The notes under the pieces: generated by a model | What the model was told of the DNA's origin: nothing | The model's database searches: none | The model's input: only the letters and a program-made list of their open reading frames with translations | Position numbers and translations under genes: made by a program | Assembly (NCBI RefSeq): GCF_964355755.1 | Contig: NC_092673.1 | Location: 8,990,001 to 9,054,000 of the forward strand | Origin: Antedon mediterranea | Lineage: Eukaryota; Animalia; Echinodermata | Direction: 5' to 3' | Length of the DNA: 64,000 bases | Shown here: piece after piece, positions 1 through 12,736 of the stretch | Layout: each line of letters starts with the position of its first letter | Position numbering within the stretch: position 1 is the stretch's first letter

Positions 1-228
1 TTTTTTGGAGGTTTGCGGGGTTTACCAATCATTTTTGACCAAAAAATGATGTTTTACCCCAAAAATAAGTTGTTAACAGTAGAAATTTAATATTTTTTTT
101 TACATTGATATACCCAGTGGGTTGTACACTACATGATTCAATCACTTTTATGTTGGTTCGGTGGGGTTTGCTATGTTTTTTTGGAGGTTTGCGGGGGTTT
201 GCGGGGTTTGCGGTGTTTAGCAATACCC
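1..228. mobile_element. Right end of a TIR DNA transposon/MITE (MULE-like, terminus ...AGCAATACCC)
   Basis: Tandem GGTTTGCGGG subrepeats at 1-25 and 178-215 end in ...tttagcaataccc. The GGG/CCC terminus with tandem subrepeats matches other TIR elements in the window. The left end lies outside the window. Confidence 0.45.
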
Positions 229-1053
229 TAGTTAAATAATAGGAATTATACTGCAAATTAATAAAGATCAAATTAAATATACGCCATAAAGAATCAGAAT
301 ATATTGTGGGGAATAGTATTATAAAATTACATAGGGAGATTTGATGATAAGACATTTTTCGAGTGAAATCCCGATAGCTGAGTTTTATTGAGTAAGCTTG
401 CAGGAATAACTGTAGGCTATCTTTCTGTGTCCCGTTAGAACCGAGATGTCTGCCCATGTTGCAAGCCGTACCATAATGTCTTCTTTCTTGGGCCCACTCT
501 GTCACGGCAGTTAGTTTCAAAAGATGATTAAATTAAATAATGTATTAATTATTATTAGGATGGTATTCATTTGAATAAACGCCTCTCCAATAAAACATCA
601 CTTTGAATAATAACCCCCCCCCCCCCCCCCCCAACCCAACTATCCAATAAACGTCCATCCACATATTTATAACAACACAATTATACGGTACTATTTGTAG
701 TAGAATTCACCGCACTGTTATCTACAATTTACCAAGCATTTGTTATTCTTTTTTAGCACTTTTCATATCTATTAGAGGATTTCATTTTATTATAAATGTT
801 ACCATTTAAAACTACAAAATTTAACATATATACCTCGAATAAGCACCTCCCTCAAATGACCTCCGCCTCCCCAAAGGGCCCTACCAAACAATAAAAACTG
901 TACTTTAAAATGTTATTAATCATCTAAAACACTGTGAAACAAAGTAGTTTAGTTTTACGAATGTCAAGCATTTTCAATAATGGTAACCGACAGAAAACGT
1001 ATAAGGAGAACATGATCATTCCGAAAACCATCGTCTACTCTTCCTAGAGGGCC

Positions 1054-1085
1054 GGGAGAGCGAGCGAAGCGAGCTCACCCTCTAG
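1054..1085 (+). mobile_element. Helitron 3' terminus (hairpin + CTAG|T)
   Basis: GGGAGAGC-GAGCGAAGCGA-GCTCACCC stem-loop (1054-1080), then CTAG (1082-1085), then T: the canonical Helitron 3' end. The 5' end was not located. Confidence 0.7.
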
Positions 1086-1409
1086 TAATAATAATGCACA
1101 ATAATCGGTACCGGTGTCGATCATTATGAGTGTAATTATTAATTAGTTTATCTGAAAAATATTCTTAAATTATATTATTTTGTGTTGTGAAATAATGATT
1201 TTGATATAATATTGATTGTTCAAAATGATACCCTAAAATACAAATCTGCTTTTGGTTATTTTAAGTGTTTGTGTTGGTGTTATTTATTATTCCAAAATAA
1301 AGATATATTTCAATTATAAAATAGGCCTAAAAGTCACTCGTTATCGTGAATGTGTTTGTATTATCAACATTGTTGATCACGAATCCTCGGGTATTTGAGC
1401 TGCTGTGTA

Positions 1410-2100
1410 CCGGAAAAAGTTAAAAAAAAACCCCATTTTTTCAAAAATGATTACACACTTCATGGATAAACCCATTTTGGGCGAGTTCCTAAGAGTTTGA
1501 TGTTTGATGATTTGGTACAGGAAACAACTGCTCTCTTTATTTATTGTTTTAGCATTCTACTGTGTATTTATTGTCAGTCCGAGTCCGTATCACGTATTTC
1601 TAACTCAGCTGAACGCCATTAGACGACATACGCGCCGAGTATATAGCCGAATAGGGGGAAACTGCGGACCTTTAGGGCTGCTGTCTGAGCTTATGTACAG
1701 GATAAAGTTGCTGTCATTGGTGTTTTTGTCATCCCCAATATATACTGCTGCCATTAAAAAAAGATTCAACCTTGTATCGCTTCACATGAATAAACCCATT
1801 TGGGTGTGGCCCTAAAATGTTGCTGTTTGGCGCCCCGTACAGGATAAAGTTGCTGTCATTGGTGATGTAATCATTAGTAGCCCACTACGAATGATATCCA
1901 AAAAAGTTTATCCTTGTATCGCTTCACATAAATAAATGCATTTTTACCCCCCTATGTTATGATCCCCACAGGCCCTATGTACAGGCTGTGACACGGCAGC
2001 AATGTCGAATATTGCATCTCGCCCTAATACGCACCTAACTTCATCATCAAACCTTTTGTATCTTTTCACATGAATAAATCTTCCGGGCGCCCGGTCTATA
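1410..2100. repeat. Intronic repeat element with ~141-bp tandem units and a terminal palindrome (Helentron/HINE-like)
   Basis: GTACAGG recurs at 1515, 1696, 1837 and 1979. CCTTGTATCGCTTCACAT(G/A)AATAAA is repeated. The element ends in the perfect palindrome CCGGGCGCCCGG (2083-2094). Confidence 0.55.
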
Positions 2101-3696
2101 TCCTTATTGTTTATAATTTCAATATGATCTTAAAGCAACGTTGAAGAGTTTAGTTATTCAATCAGAAAGAAGTATCATAACATTTTGACACCCTCATAGT
2201 TTTTAAAATGAAAATAAACTGCAAAGGACCAATCTTTGTTTGCCATTTTTAACATGATGATGTAATCAAAATGAAGCACGAACATAGCAATTGTGAAAGA
2301 GAATTATCCGAGCAACAACATTTTAACGTGTTGAAGAAATTTAACTGAACATATGATGACATCACTACATTCGATACACAAAATGTTTATATGCATTCAT
2401 ATCTACAATTCAACAGCTTCCAGAAAACGTTTTAATAATGAGTATCGCTTTTTATTCTGAGGAGCTATAACATATTGAAATTTACTGCAAAGATGAAAAT
2501 AAGTGACCCACGTTATTCACACTTTTGAACATGATGAATCAAAATTCAAATGGTTTTAACAGCTACAAAAGATAACTGATTGAGCAAACAAATATTAATA
2601 TCTGGGAGAAATTATGTTACGGATAAGCGAGATGTGCTCTATTAAATTTTATAAAGCTATGTCGAAAAGGGCAAAAATTCTATATTTTATATTCGGGATG
2701 ACTTCATAACAATTTTGATGAATTCATATCTACAACTTATCTACTTGCATTATAAATTTTTTTAAATTGGGATTACGGTTGATCCCGACGAGCTATAATA
2801 GATAAAAAATACTATAGGCATGATTTTAATAATGTTTTGTACATTTTTAACTAAATTGCGCACAAATTGTCTAATTCAACGTGCTCGTATTATGTAATTT
2901 TAAATGGAAATGGTCTAATTTTTTTTTTAATTACTAGAAAAAGCTTGATAAATCTTGTTTTTCCACATTTCCAACCCTCTTAAAACTATTCTATACAATG
3001 TCAAAATGTTGGCTACCTGGGGCATTTTAGATCATTACATGATTTTTTATTACTAAAGTAATTGAATGTGTTCTGTTAAAGCTCTAGTCGTGTACAGTGC
3101 CACCTACCGGTGTTCCAGGAACATTGCATCTAGGCCTAATAACTCAGTCCCGGCCAAAATATACTCAAGCTGTACCACATACTGCTGGCATGCAATTGTG
3201 CACCTGCAGTCAATGAGAATTGTGGCCAGAAAATGTGCGCAGTGGGTGGTGTGAAAATGTAGGCATTAGTGTAACTCATGCCTTAGATTAAATTTAAAAT
3301 AAATTATTAGCAATCTTTAAAAAAAAGATGTTAATTTAAGTATGGTATGGTATATGTTCTGTAGTAAACTAGCTCTAACTAAATTGTCGGCAAAGAATCT
3401 AAAATACGATTGAAGACCCTGCAGAAAAAAAAAACACCTTTTTGTTGCATGTCCATTGTATTAAAATCATTGCAATATCACATTGATTACAATAATGGTC
3501 AATAAAACATTTTAATATACTTAGAATATTTGAGAAAGAAACAAAAGTAGAGATAAATATCATCATGCTTTACACCACACACACAAATACATAGTTTTCT
3601 TCATCTACATGTGTACAGTATCTTTCAGAAGGTCTGGTTACTGTATGCATAAAAATTAATCTACACTTTACATTAAGAAACTGTTTGTTTTTGCAG

Positions 3697-3887
3697 AGCT
3701 GCAGCTCGATGTAACAAAGGAATAGAAGTTTTAGTATCGGTTGCATATGAACATTTCATACTGGTTATGGTACGTGTGGTACGAGGTCCACGACATGCCG
3801 ATTCTAGCATTGAGAAAGTTCAGAAAGTTATACATTGCTTACTATGTGGTGAACGATGCTTTGTTCCCGGAACTCGTTGTGTAGAAC
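3697..3887 (+). CDS. TRMT1L: TRMT1-like protein, internal exon
   Basis: ttgcag|...|gtaag boundaries. Translates (R)[55 protein letters not shown], recognisable as TRMT1L ([13 protein letters not shown]...EHF...VRV.RGP...IHC..C). Confidence 0.92.
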
Positions 3888-4395
3888 GTAAGCATAACTG
3901 AGTTTAGTGATTAACATTTTAAATGGATGAAAAGGATACTATCCCTAAATGAAGCTAATTGTGTTTTAAAGATATATTGTCCTAAAATGTCTCATATTAG
4001 TTTTTCATTTTCACCAAAAATTGGATTGGAAAAAAACATTTATTTACCTGAAAAAAAACCTATAATTTTAACAGTTTATTTTGTCTTTTTATAAGTTAAA
4101 TAATTATTTTTGTTTTCCGGAAGTGAATAATGTTATTAAAAATGCAAAATGGCCTATGACTGATTTTAATCATTTTCATTGTTCATGTTTTTGGGGACAA
4201 TACAGTAAATCTTTAATGTAAATACACTTCAATGTAGATCCATTTGGTACTAGTCATGAAGCAGAGTTAAAAAACTGAGGAGCTTTTTTTTATTAGAAAA
4301 TTAATAAAATTAATTCTGTATTTGTATGAATGTTGTTTTTAAATTAAATGAGCTATTACTGAGATTATGTATTATTATTTATTATTTTCTTGTAG

Positions 4396-4474
4396 GTGAT
4401 TATTATACATTGTTGAAATGCAAATGCAAGCAAAATTCACCTGGCAAGACTGCTGTTTTTCTTGGTCCTGTCTG
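4396..4474 (+). CDS. TRMT1L: TRMT1-like protein, internal exon
   Basis: tgtag|...|gtatgt boundaries; 79 nt, phase-compatible with both neighbours. Translates DYYTLLKCKCKQNSPGKTAVFLGPV(W), matching the Trm1-family C.C....PGKTA..LGP.W motif. Confidence 0.92.
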
Positions 4475-4704
4475 GTATGTTTTATCATTGCTAATACATT
4501 GTGAATATGCATGTCTAGAAAACTACTTTAGAAACATTTGCAGTTAGAACTTTATTATCATTATCAACATCTAGTTTAGCATGTGATTTGGTTTTTGAAA
4601 CCGAAAATTCCTCCAATTGTCTAATTAACTATATCCCAAAGAATTTATGCACATTATTACAATAACCACTCCTGGCACTGTTTATAATGAGGGCCAGTAT
4701 TTAA

Positions 4705-5330
4705 AGCCCCATTCCCTACGTTTTTTAGATCTAATTTAAGATCACAAACTATATTTAATGTAAAAATAATACTATATGGTCCTATTGCGATAACTTTTTT
4801 CGTCTTTAAACGGTTAAAAATGTGAAAAATAAGTCGATTCTAATAATTATAGCGGCCCGCTATAAATCCCAAAATGCATTGCGCGCGGATTGATATTTTT
4901 GTTTTTCAACTGTAATTCGCCCACTTTTCGATCGATCGTGAGGCCAAAACAAATGGAAGACTCCTAACTTTTCAGCGAAAATACCGGGTTTTCCCCAATT
5001 TGTATCAACGGAGTCTGGCAAAAATAGAAAGACAATTAATGCAGCAACTATACAACGTCAGGCTAGGTATATAGCTAGCGTACGATGTTCGTACGTTACC
5101 GATGTTTACCAGCTAGGCCTACAAAACTAAGCCTAGCTAGGCTAGGCCTAAGACCGTCCACGAGAGGTCGATCGCCGCGAGCTACTTAGGTAGTGCATTG
5201 TTTTTTACTTTTTATCATAATTTACCATAAAACGTACATTTAAGACAAGGAATGACATGGTTTAATGTTTTTAAAGTGATATATATGTATTATTTTCTAA
5301 AAAACGTCCAAAATTGCAGGGAAGGGGTCT
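4705..5330. mobile_element. Kolobok-like MITE in a TRMT1L intron
   Basis: TTAA on both sides (4701-4704, 5331-5334). AG...CT termini with an imperfect ~15-bp TIR (AGCCCCATTCCCTAC / GCAGGGAAGGGGTCT). A second copy is inverted at 44360-44884. Confidence 0.8.
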
Positions 5331-6495
5331 TTAAGCAAAAGCATTTCTTAGGCCTTTGTTTCACGAATTAACAACCATCTATCAACTGCTGCAAGCCAAG
5401 TGAAATTGTATTGTTGTATTGATGTCACATACAACAATATGTGTCAATAGATTGTTTATTGGAGAAGAATCTACATATTAACAAATTATCATAGGCCTAG
5501 TATAGGTGGCTAGGCTATACCACATTGGAAAGGTGTTTGACATTACCCATTGTTTATTACTGAACATAGGCAGGTGGTAGGTAGGCCTAGTAAATTTTGT
5601 ATTGGATATCACAGATGACGGATGAATGCTCGAGATTTTTTGTATAACTTAATTTTAGCTTATAGCGCCCTCTATATAATTTTTAATTAATATAGCACGC
5701 CCTCTACTATTTACCTAAAATTTTGTTTTTTCAACTTTGGACCTGGATATGTTAGATAGAAATCTACAACAGACATTTAATTTAATAAACGTGTTAGAAG
5801 AACTTATTAAGCTGAGCGAATACTGTACTTGGTCTAAAATACTAGCTCTGTAATCATTATTATCACTAAATATGTTTTTTGTTGGACTTGCTTTGTCTCT
5901 ATTCTAGCCTGTGCATTTCTCTAATAATACGACGTGATACCATAGAACACACAACAAAACAATTCACATGAATTCTTTAGACTTTCTTATTTATTGTTTG
6001 CCTAACAATAGAGAGAAAATAAATTTTGTTACATATGACATTGAGCGGATTCAGATAATATAATTATGATGGTAGGCCTAAACACTACAAACAAAACAAC
6101 TGATACCCACAAGGCAAATACAGGCACGCTGCAATTACGCATTTTTTTACACACGCACGACAACCGCGGGTTTTGATACATGATATGTAGTCAGTACTGC
6201 ATAGTTGCATCATTCGTACATTGACAATCACATATTCTGTAATCATGAGACTGATGATGTGGTTATCAATGACGTATACTGTAGACAGACTAAATTTAAT
6301 ATTTGGAAAAGAGCTTGCTTTGTTTATTTAAATGGACATTTTTAACTGTGCTGCGACATGACTCACTGCTATTTGAGGTGGGGTGGCCTCTTTTTTCATC
6401 CATCCAGTATATACTGTAATTTAATTTTTCCAAGCTATTTTAGCTCAAGTAATTTTGCTCAACGGTAACATTATATTTTGAAACATTTTTTTTAG

Positions 6496-6864
6496 GTCAC
6501 ATAGTATATTCAAAGCTGAATTTGTACATGCTATGCTGCAAAGTTCTATACATTTAAAGTTAAGCTCAACAGTAATTGAACTTTTAAAAACATTACAAAG
6601 TGAAGCAGTTTGTAGCAGGACAGTCAATACTATGATACAACAGCCACACAAAATTGAAAAAACGACCTATACAAAAATGGATGATGCCATTCTAAGTTCA
6701 ACAATAGGAGACGAAAAAGAAAGTACAAAATGTGTAAAAAGACCCAGTGACGAGGCCACATCCATGGCGAAAAGAATTTGCAAAGATCAAGAAACGGTAA
6801 TCTCAGCCCCCTGCTTCTACTACAACATTCATTTACACACAGCAAAAGGAAAAGATGCTTTAAA
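6496..6864 (+). CDS. TRMT1L: TRMT1-like protein, penultimate exon
   Basis: tttag|...|gtaag boundaries; 369 nt in phase. Translates (W)SHSIFKAEFVHAMLQ...LLKTLQSEAVC...PCFYYNIHLHTAKG and overlaps ORF 6533..6868. Confidence 0.92.
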
Positions 6865-7332
6865 GTAAGAGTTTATTTAATTTTGTAAACATAATATGCT
6901 AGCCATACCATATTCTTTTGTAAAGATTGTTGAAAAATATTATATTCACCTAGATACATAATTCAAGATTCACAAATACAAAATTCCTTTGGTTGTAGCG
7001 GACTAAAAAATAGCAATGCAAAAAAACCCCTACATTTCAACTTATCGATAAGTTATATCCATGCAAAAATGTTGAAAAGATTTAAAAAATTTATGCAAAA
7101 CAGGATGGCTAAAATTGTTTTGCATAAAAAGAGGAATAACTCCAGTACACAACCTTTGCAAGTTGCAGACATTGAAATAAAAAAAAAATCAACTAAGAAA
7201 CCAAATTTTATAATGAATCTGTTACCATGTATACAATTCATAACTTGTCGCCATCTTATTTGACTAAAATTATTATTATTGATAATTAATTACTTCATTT
7301 TCTTCTTTCAATTTAAAATACATTTTTTTTAG

Positions 7333-7480
7333 AATGAAGAAAGTTATTGAACTGCTGAAACAAAATGGCTACAGAGCAAGTAGGACTCATTTTGATCCTG
7401 TTGCAGTGCGGACAAATGCTGACATGCATTCATTTCTTGAGATTCTAACAAGTAATAGTCAACCTACAAGTAGGCCATAA
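7333..7480 (+). CDS. TRMT1L: TRMT1-like protein, terminal coding exon
   Basis: ttttag| acceptor. Translates (K)MKKVIELLKQNGYRASRTHFDPVAVRTNADMHSFLEIL...RP*, with the Trm1-family SRTHF.P...RT.A motif. Stop TAA at 7478-7480; a candidate AATAAA lies near 7923. Confidence 0.92.
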
Positions 7481-8639
7481 TACAAGCATTTTTTATTTGT
7501 TTCAGGGCTCACCAACAACAAGCAATATCTCAAATACTTAATAGTCAAATTTCAATAGATGTCCTATGTTGTGCTTGGCATGAATGAATTCACCTTCATT
7601 AATAACACAAGTATAGTCTTGTATTCTCATATTTGAACATATTATTGTTTGTATTATAGTCAAGTCAAGCTCTGAAGGGTTGGGGAGGAAGGAGTTCAGG
7701 TGTTTATTTTTATGTCAAAAATGAAGTTATACTACATTATAATTAGTATTATTTACATTTCTATTTTGATAATCCAATGTTAGCAAAATATTTTTGCAGG
7801 TTTAAGTCATTTCTTTTATTGATCATTCAATTGATTTAGTCAGTGATTTAAATTTGAGTTCTTATGTTATTGAGTAATTTTACTTTGATGTGTCCACACA
7901 ATCAAGCATTCATGAATTTAATAATAAAAAAATCAATCTATATTTTATCAATCTGATGTATTGTAACTATTAATAATCTGTTCAAATAATTTCATTTGGC
8001 TTTGTATGATTATTTTTTGATGAAGTTTCTTTTTTTTTCTAAGCCAAAAAAGTATTGTTACATACCACTACAGTTTCAACCTTTCATCGTCAGGTGATTC
8101 ACTCACACAAAATAATAATAATCTTATAATTCCTTGAAAAGAACAGATATTCATTAGGTATTCCTCTTCTTGGATCTTCCTCTTAACTCTCTGTCAGTCT
8201 TTATGATTGCATGTCAAAACTTAACTGTCTGCTTCTGCTTCTAGTTTGGAAACAATTTAGCAATCATTTAAAAATGTTATATTTATTTTGCTGTAGCTAT
8301 GAGTTTGTCAGATAATAGTCTTTGAATTACTGCACTGAATATGTTACCATGACATCCAGCATTTTGAAACGTTCAATGTATTTGAATTTTTCTCTAAAGT
8401 AAATCATCTTCCAAGAGTTAAATTTCTGGCTTTTAGGACTTATACCAGACAGCATTGTTACAACAGCTAAGTAGAAAACTCCAGCTAATGTAGAAACACC
8501 AACTTCTATGTAGTAAATAAAAATCAATACCAGCTAATGTAGAACGGTCAGCAGGTAGTAACGAAACTTGCCTCACAGCTAATGTAGTTAATATTTCTAG
8601 TTACCGTAATGTAGAAAATATTTTATATTTTACAAACCT

Positions 8640-8930
8640 ATGTATAAATGCATCTGATCCAGTAAGATCATTTACAAAATTATCAAAATCTGAGTGAAAT
8701 GTTGACAAACAGGATGGATTGTGAATAATCTGAACAGACAAAAGACTAGCTGTTTACTGAATAGCTGTTGCTATTGCAGTCTCAAGTCTCAACAAAGCTT
8801 TAGTTTTCTGAATGCCCAAATCTGTTCATGATTTCTGCACTTCTGAAAAGGTGGCTTAATGTCATACCAACAAGAATGTGTTTCCACTTACCGTTGTAAT
8901 CCAGTAAAGATAACTAAAAAATAGGGTGAA
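8640..8930 (-). pseudogene. Degenerate Academ transposase fragment
   Basis: Manual translation with stops and frameshifts gives KHILVGMTLSHLFRSAEIMNRFGHSEN*...LETAIATAIQ*...FHSDFDNF..VNDLTG, the Academ region around the first catalytic DN.D motif. Confidence 0.65.
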
Positions 8931-9648
8931 CCTAGAAGAAATTGTAACAGAATTTTTGTTTTGTTTTGTCTGGTAAATATGGTTCAAATGAACATCATAT
9001 CTAACGTTTACCAACTTCGGACATCGGGAAGTGGGTTAATTAGCATAAATTTAAAATGGCCATTTGCTATTTTGAAGCCCCATATCTCCTTGGATTTAGA
9101 CCAGTAAGTGCATTGTGAGTAGATATAAATTAATGTGATATTAAACATTCTAATTAGCATAATTAAATTCCCATATGACGTACCTATGACGTCATATATT
9201 ATGTTATAACTGCTTAAATGGCATTATACACGGCTGTTTCACTCTATGGTTTAATCTAGAAAAAAGTAAAGCACCCGAATCTCCGCGCGAGTTTTCGTAT
9301 TTGTTTACTTTTCAACGAAATATACACACTTAATATGCCTATTTAAATTAAGTTTATGATGTTGTATGTAATTATTATGAAAAAATGAAATAACAATGTG
9401 AATGAAAATTAATTTTAAGTAAGTAAGTAAAGAGTCATATTAAATACAAAAAAATAAAAAATCCAGAATTAACAAAATAATTTACACTCGGAAGTACAAG
9501 AAAAAACAGCGATTTGCGAAGTTGACAAAAACCTTCATAAATATTCAATGTTTTTGGTTACTATTCTAATTTATCATGATGTATAATAACAAATACATAA
9601 AACATTATTTTATTGTGTTTCAAATAATATGACTTTATAAAGATGTCA

Positions 9649-10549
9649 CTAGGCCTAAGTGTCGTATAACATCCCAAAGCCGAACATAGCCAAAGATCTT
9701 TAAACCATACCTTATATATTTTTTTATTTTTTTTTATTTATTTCATACTCATCCAACAGCGAGTAACCCGCCAATTACAGGATGGATAAACTATTTAAAA
9801 TTTCACAAGACAAACATATACACAAGATGCTCTACATAAACAAAGACTTATTATTAAGTCTTTGGGAGTGGAGTTGTAAATTGTCATGAGAAAAAAACCC
9901 TGACATATGACAGGACTTGAACCCAGGACCCTTAGATTGGTAGCCAAGCATCATAACCACCAAGCCACAATACTCGCAAGCAAGCAATTGATTGAAAAAA
10001 TACAGAAATATCGCCATTTGATACTGAATGTGTCGACACGAACAAACGAACAGATATGGAACGCCAAGAGTGCATCATTAAAACTGCATTCGACATATTA
10101 AAAATAAATTTAAAAGAAATAAATATTATACATTACATGGTTAAACCATGGACGTATAATTACATCTCGTCTTCTTATAACGAACAATATAGGCCTACCA
10201 AGCAGCGTGTTGCGAACATGTGCATGGGGAGGGCCATAAGAAAGCTTTACATTTCACACATGCATTGTATACGGTCAAACCTTACCCGCCGCTGAAAAAG
10301 GGGCCGTTTTGACCTGGTTTGCCATGCTTATGATATTTCGTGTGCTAATCGAGTCGAATGCAGTTTTAAAGATGCACTCTTGGCGTTCATATCTGTTCGT
10401 TTTCGTTTGTTCGTGTCGACACATTCAGTATCAAATCAAATGGCGATATTTCTGTATTTTTTCAATCAATTGCTTGCTTGCGATAAGGTATGGTTTAAAG
10501 ATCTTTGGCTATGTTCGGCTTCGGGATGTTATACCACACTTAGGCCTAG
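9649..10549. mobile_element. Foldback element with ~190-bp inverted arms
   Basis: 9649-9714 plus 9974-10094 is the reverse complement of ~10352-10549. The left arm is split by a SINE. Confidence 0.8.
9715..9973 (-). mobile_element. tRNA-derived SINE
   Basis: Minus-strand A box TGGCTTGGTGG and B box GGTTCAAGTCC, with an A-rich 3' tail at ~9718-9742. Removing it restores the inverted arm CCTTA|TCGCAAGC. Confidence 0.8.
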
Positions 10550-10565
10550 GTTAGGCTAGGCTATA

Positions 10566-10673
10566 GGGGTCGTCGGTTTCGTGTTATGGGTCGTCCCATT
10601 CTAGGTCGTCCAATTCGAGGTCGCCCGGGTCGTTGGGGTTGTCCAATTCGAGGTCGTCGCTTTCTACACACCC
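10566..10673. mobile_element. Terminal fragment of a MULE-like TIR element
   Basis: Tandem GGTCGTC/CAATTCGAGG subrepeats ending ...TTTCTACACACCC. Confidence 0.45.
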
Positions 10674-11045
10674 ACAAAATATATGCTGTATGTGACGGCG
10701 ATAAGCACTATCGATGACTGGGCTCTGGCCCACTGAAAGTTGCTACGCCGTGAGGCCTAGCTCAGTCCTAGGCCCCTGCAAGTTTGAATCCCCTTTTTTT
10801 TTTTTTTTTAATTAATTAAATTGATAATTTAAATTTGTTATAATAATAATACAATGATAATGTTACAAATATACTACAGTATTTAACATTTTTATCCCTT
10901 ACATGTTATTAATCTCCTAGAGGCTTACTTAATACAATACCTCTAGAGAGACTGTTAGAACTATTAGGATATTATTCTTAGATATAAAGATATATATACA
11001 TTCTATTGTTTCGACAGTTACAACTTGTCGTGATTGATACACAAG

Positions 11046-11126
11046 TATATGGTGGTTAGTATGGTGCGCCATTATATGGTGGTTAGTATGGTGCGCCATT
11101 ATATGGTGGTTAGTATGGTGCGCCAT
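11046..11126. repeat. 27-bp minisatellite x3
   Basis: TATATGGTGGTTAGTATGGTGCGCCAT repeated three times exactly. Confidence 0.95.
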
Positions 11127-12736
11127 TAATATTTATATAAAAAGAACAAGAATTTTATCTAAAAATGTAATACATTTTTTTTATTAGATTTTCATGACAG
11201 TAAACTCATTATGTCATATCTGCAAGAAAAAATTAAAAATCAAGTTATTTTTTATCATATTTGTCTGAAATTAATGCACAAAACCCCAATTTTATTTGTT
11301 CATCTTGTCGTTTAATCATGTTTAATGTATGGCCTCCGTAATGAATTGGATCAACTGATGTCCATTATGAAGGCTCACCTCGCATTCACGTCTCCAGCAA
11401 TACAAAATGAGATAATACCACCAAAAATATATAAATCAACAGAAGAGTGAACAAGTTGGTTGGTTATTTGAATTGATATACCAATAAAGAAAAGGTGTCA
11501 AGCAGCTTGCCTGTGTTTCAAATAAAGATTTTAAAAAAGAAACAAAATACAAAATACATACTTGTTTTTCTTTCTGAATTATTTGCAGTACCTCAAATAT
11601 GAAATGGTTTCACACATGTGGCCTAGTTGAAATTGCCTAAAACAGTCGGAAAGCCGCTTTGGTAGTGCATCACTGATTTCATTCATTGTGAGGATGTGCT
11701 TCGTGGAAAATGTTTGAATTTTTGCTATTTTAGTACACCTAAAAAATGGTATAATTTTGATATTAGATGAAATCAATAAACGTATTTCAATAGTTGAACT
11801 ACAAGCGTAAATAATGATAACAACTTTCATCTAAATTCCACATTTTTTGGTTTCGAGAAATGTCATTATTTTATGTATAACATTTTTTATTTATATTTTT
11901 TTTTAAATGATGGTAAAAATCATCCCACTAATCAAACCAAACCTACTACATTTCTGTTCTGCCATTTTCAATCTTTGTTTAAGTTTTTACGAACCTGGTA
12001 CGAATCATCCCGAACCAAGCCGTCTCCCTGTTAAATCGGTTCAATCCGGATGTCAATGAAAACAAAGGCCTAGGCCTATATAAAAAAAGTTGGTTTATTA
12101 TTATATTTAATATATATTTTGTCTCTGACTATTAGTAAGTAGCCAAATGAATCGGATACAATTTTGCAATTCACAACAATAGACACATAAATACTGACAT
12201 GAGCCATCTTCTGATACATTTTTATTGATATTTTGCATTAAATCATTGAAGTTCAAATTCAAACAATTACAACAGTATAATTAGATTAGCACATTCAACC
12301 AATACTATTTATGTCTCTTTTTTTTATAATGCACCTTTATTATGCTTGGCTTACTGCACCTTATAAACCTTTCAGTTTACTAATATCTCTAGAAAATTCC
12401 ATAAATAACTATTAAACAACTACTATAACTACATAGAAATTCCATAAATAACTTAAATAATTATAATTGGTTTTTAATAACACCTTCAAATTAACCAACT
12501 TTATAAAAAAACTAGAGGGTACTCCGAGAGTACAAACCTCGATCCGCCTACTGTAAAATTCCCCTACATAAAATGTCCCCGGAATATATATTATATATAA
12601 ATAAAATTGAAACCTACTTAAGTTCAAGGTAATGCACACCATGTCATGGTCAGAGTAGTATGTGTCTATAATCTGAACAGAAATGCATTCTTCTCGGTTG
12701 ACGTAGATGTGATCTAAAAGTCTGTTGGTGTTTTAA

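Noticed and set aside
29-520. 163-aa minus-strand ORF containing RRHYG, a motif also found upstream in TRMT1L proteins
   Set aside because: Wrong strand for the gene, no further similarity, and the ORF runs through a TIR repeat. Treated as coincidence.
614-632. Poly-C/G tracts (also ~15553 and ~61957) as regulatory G-quadruplexes
   Set aside because: Simple homopolymers with no supporting context.
9900-9973. Possible tRNA gene (also 29535-29611)
   Set aside because: A/B boxes are present but there is no proper acceptor stem, and each continues into a SINE body and tail.
10929-11126. ORF with (MAHHTNHHI)3 His-rich repeats; also considered as a CRISPR-like array
   Set aside because: It is the translation of a 27-bp minisatellite. 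There are no spacers or cas genes, and the context is eukaryotic.
11560-11740. Minus-strand segment with splice-like boundaries
   Set aside because: The longest frame hits a stop before the donor site and I recognise no homology, so it cannot be supported as an exon.
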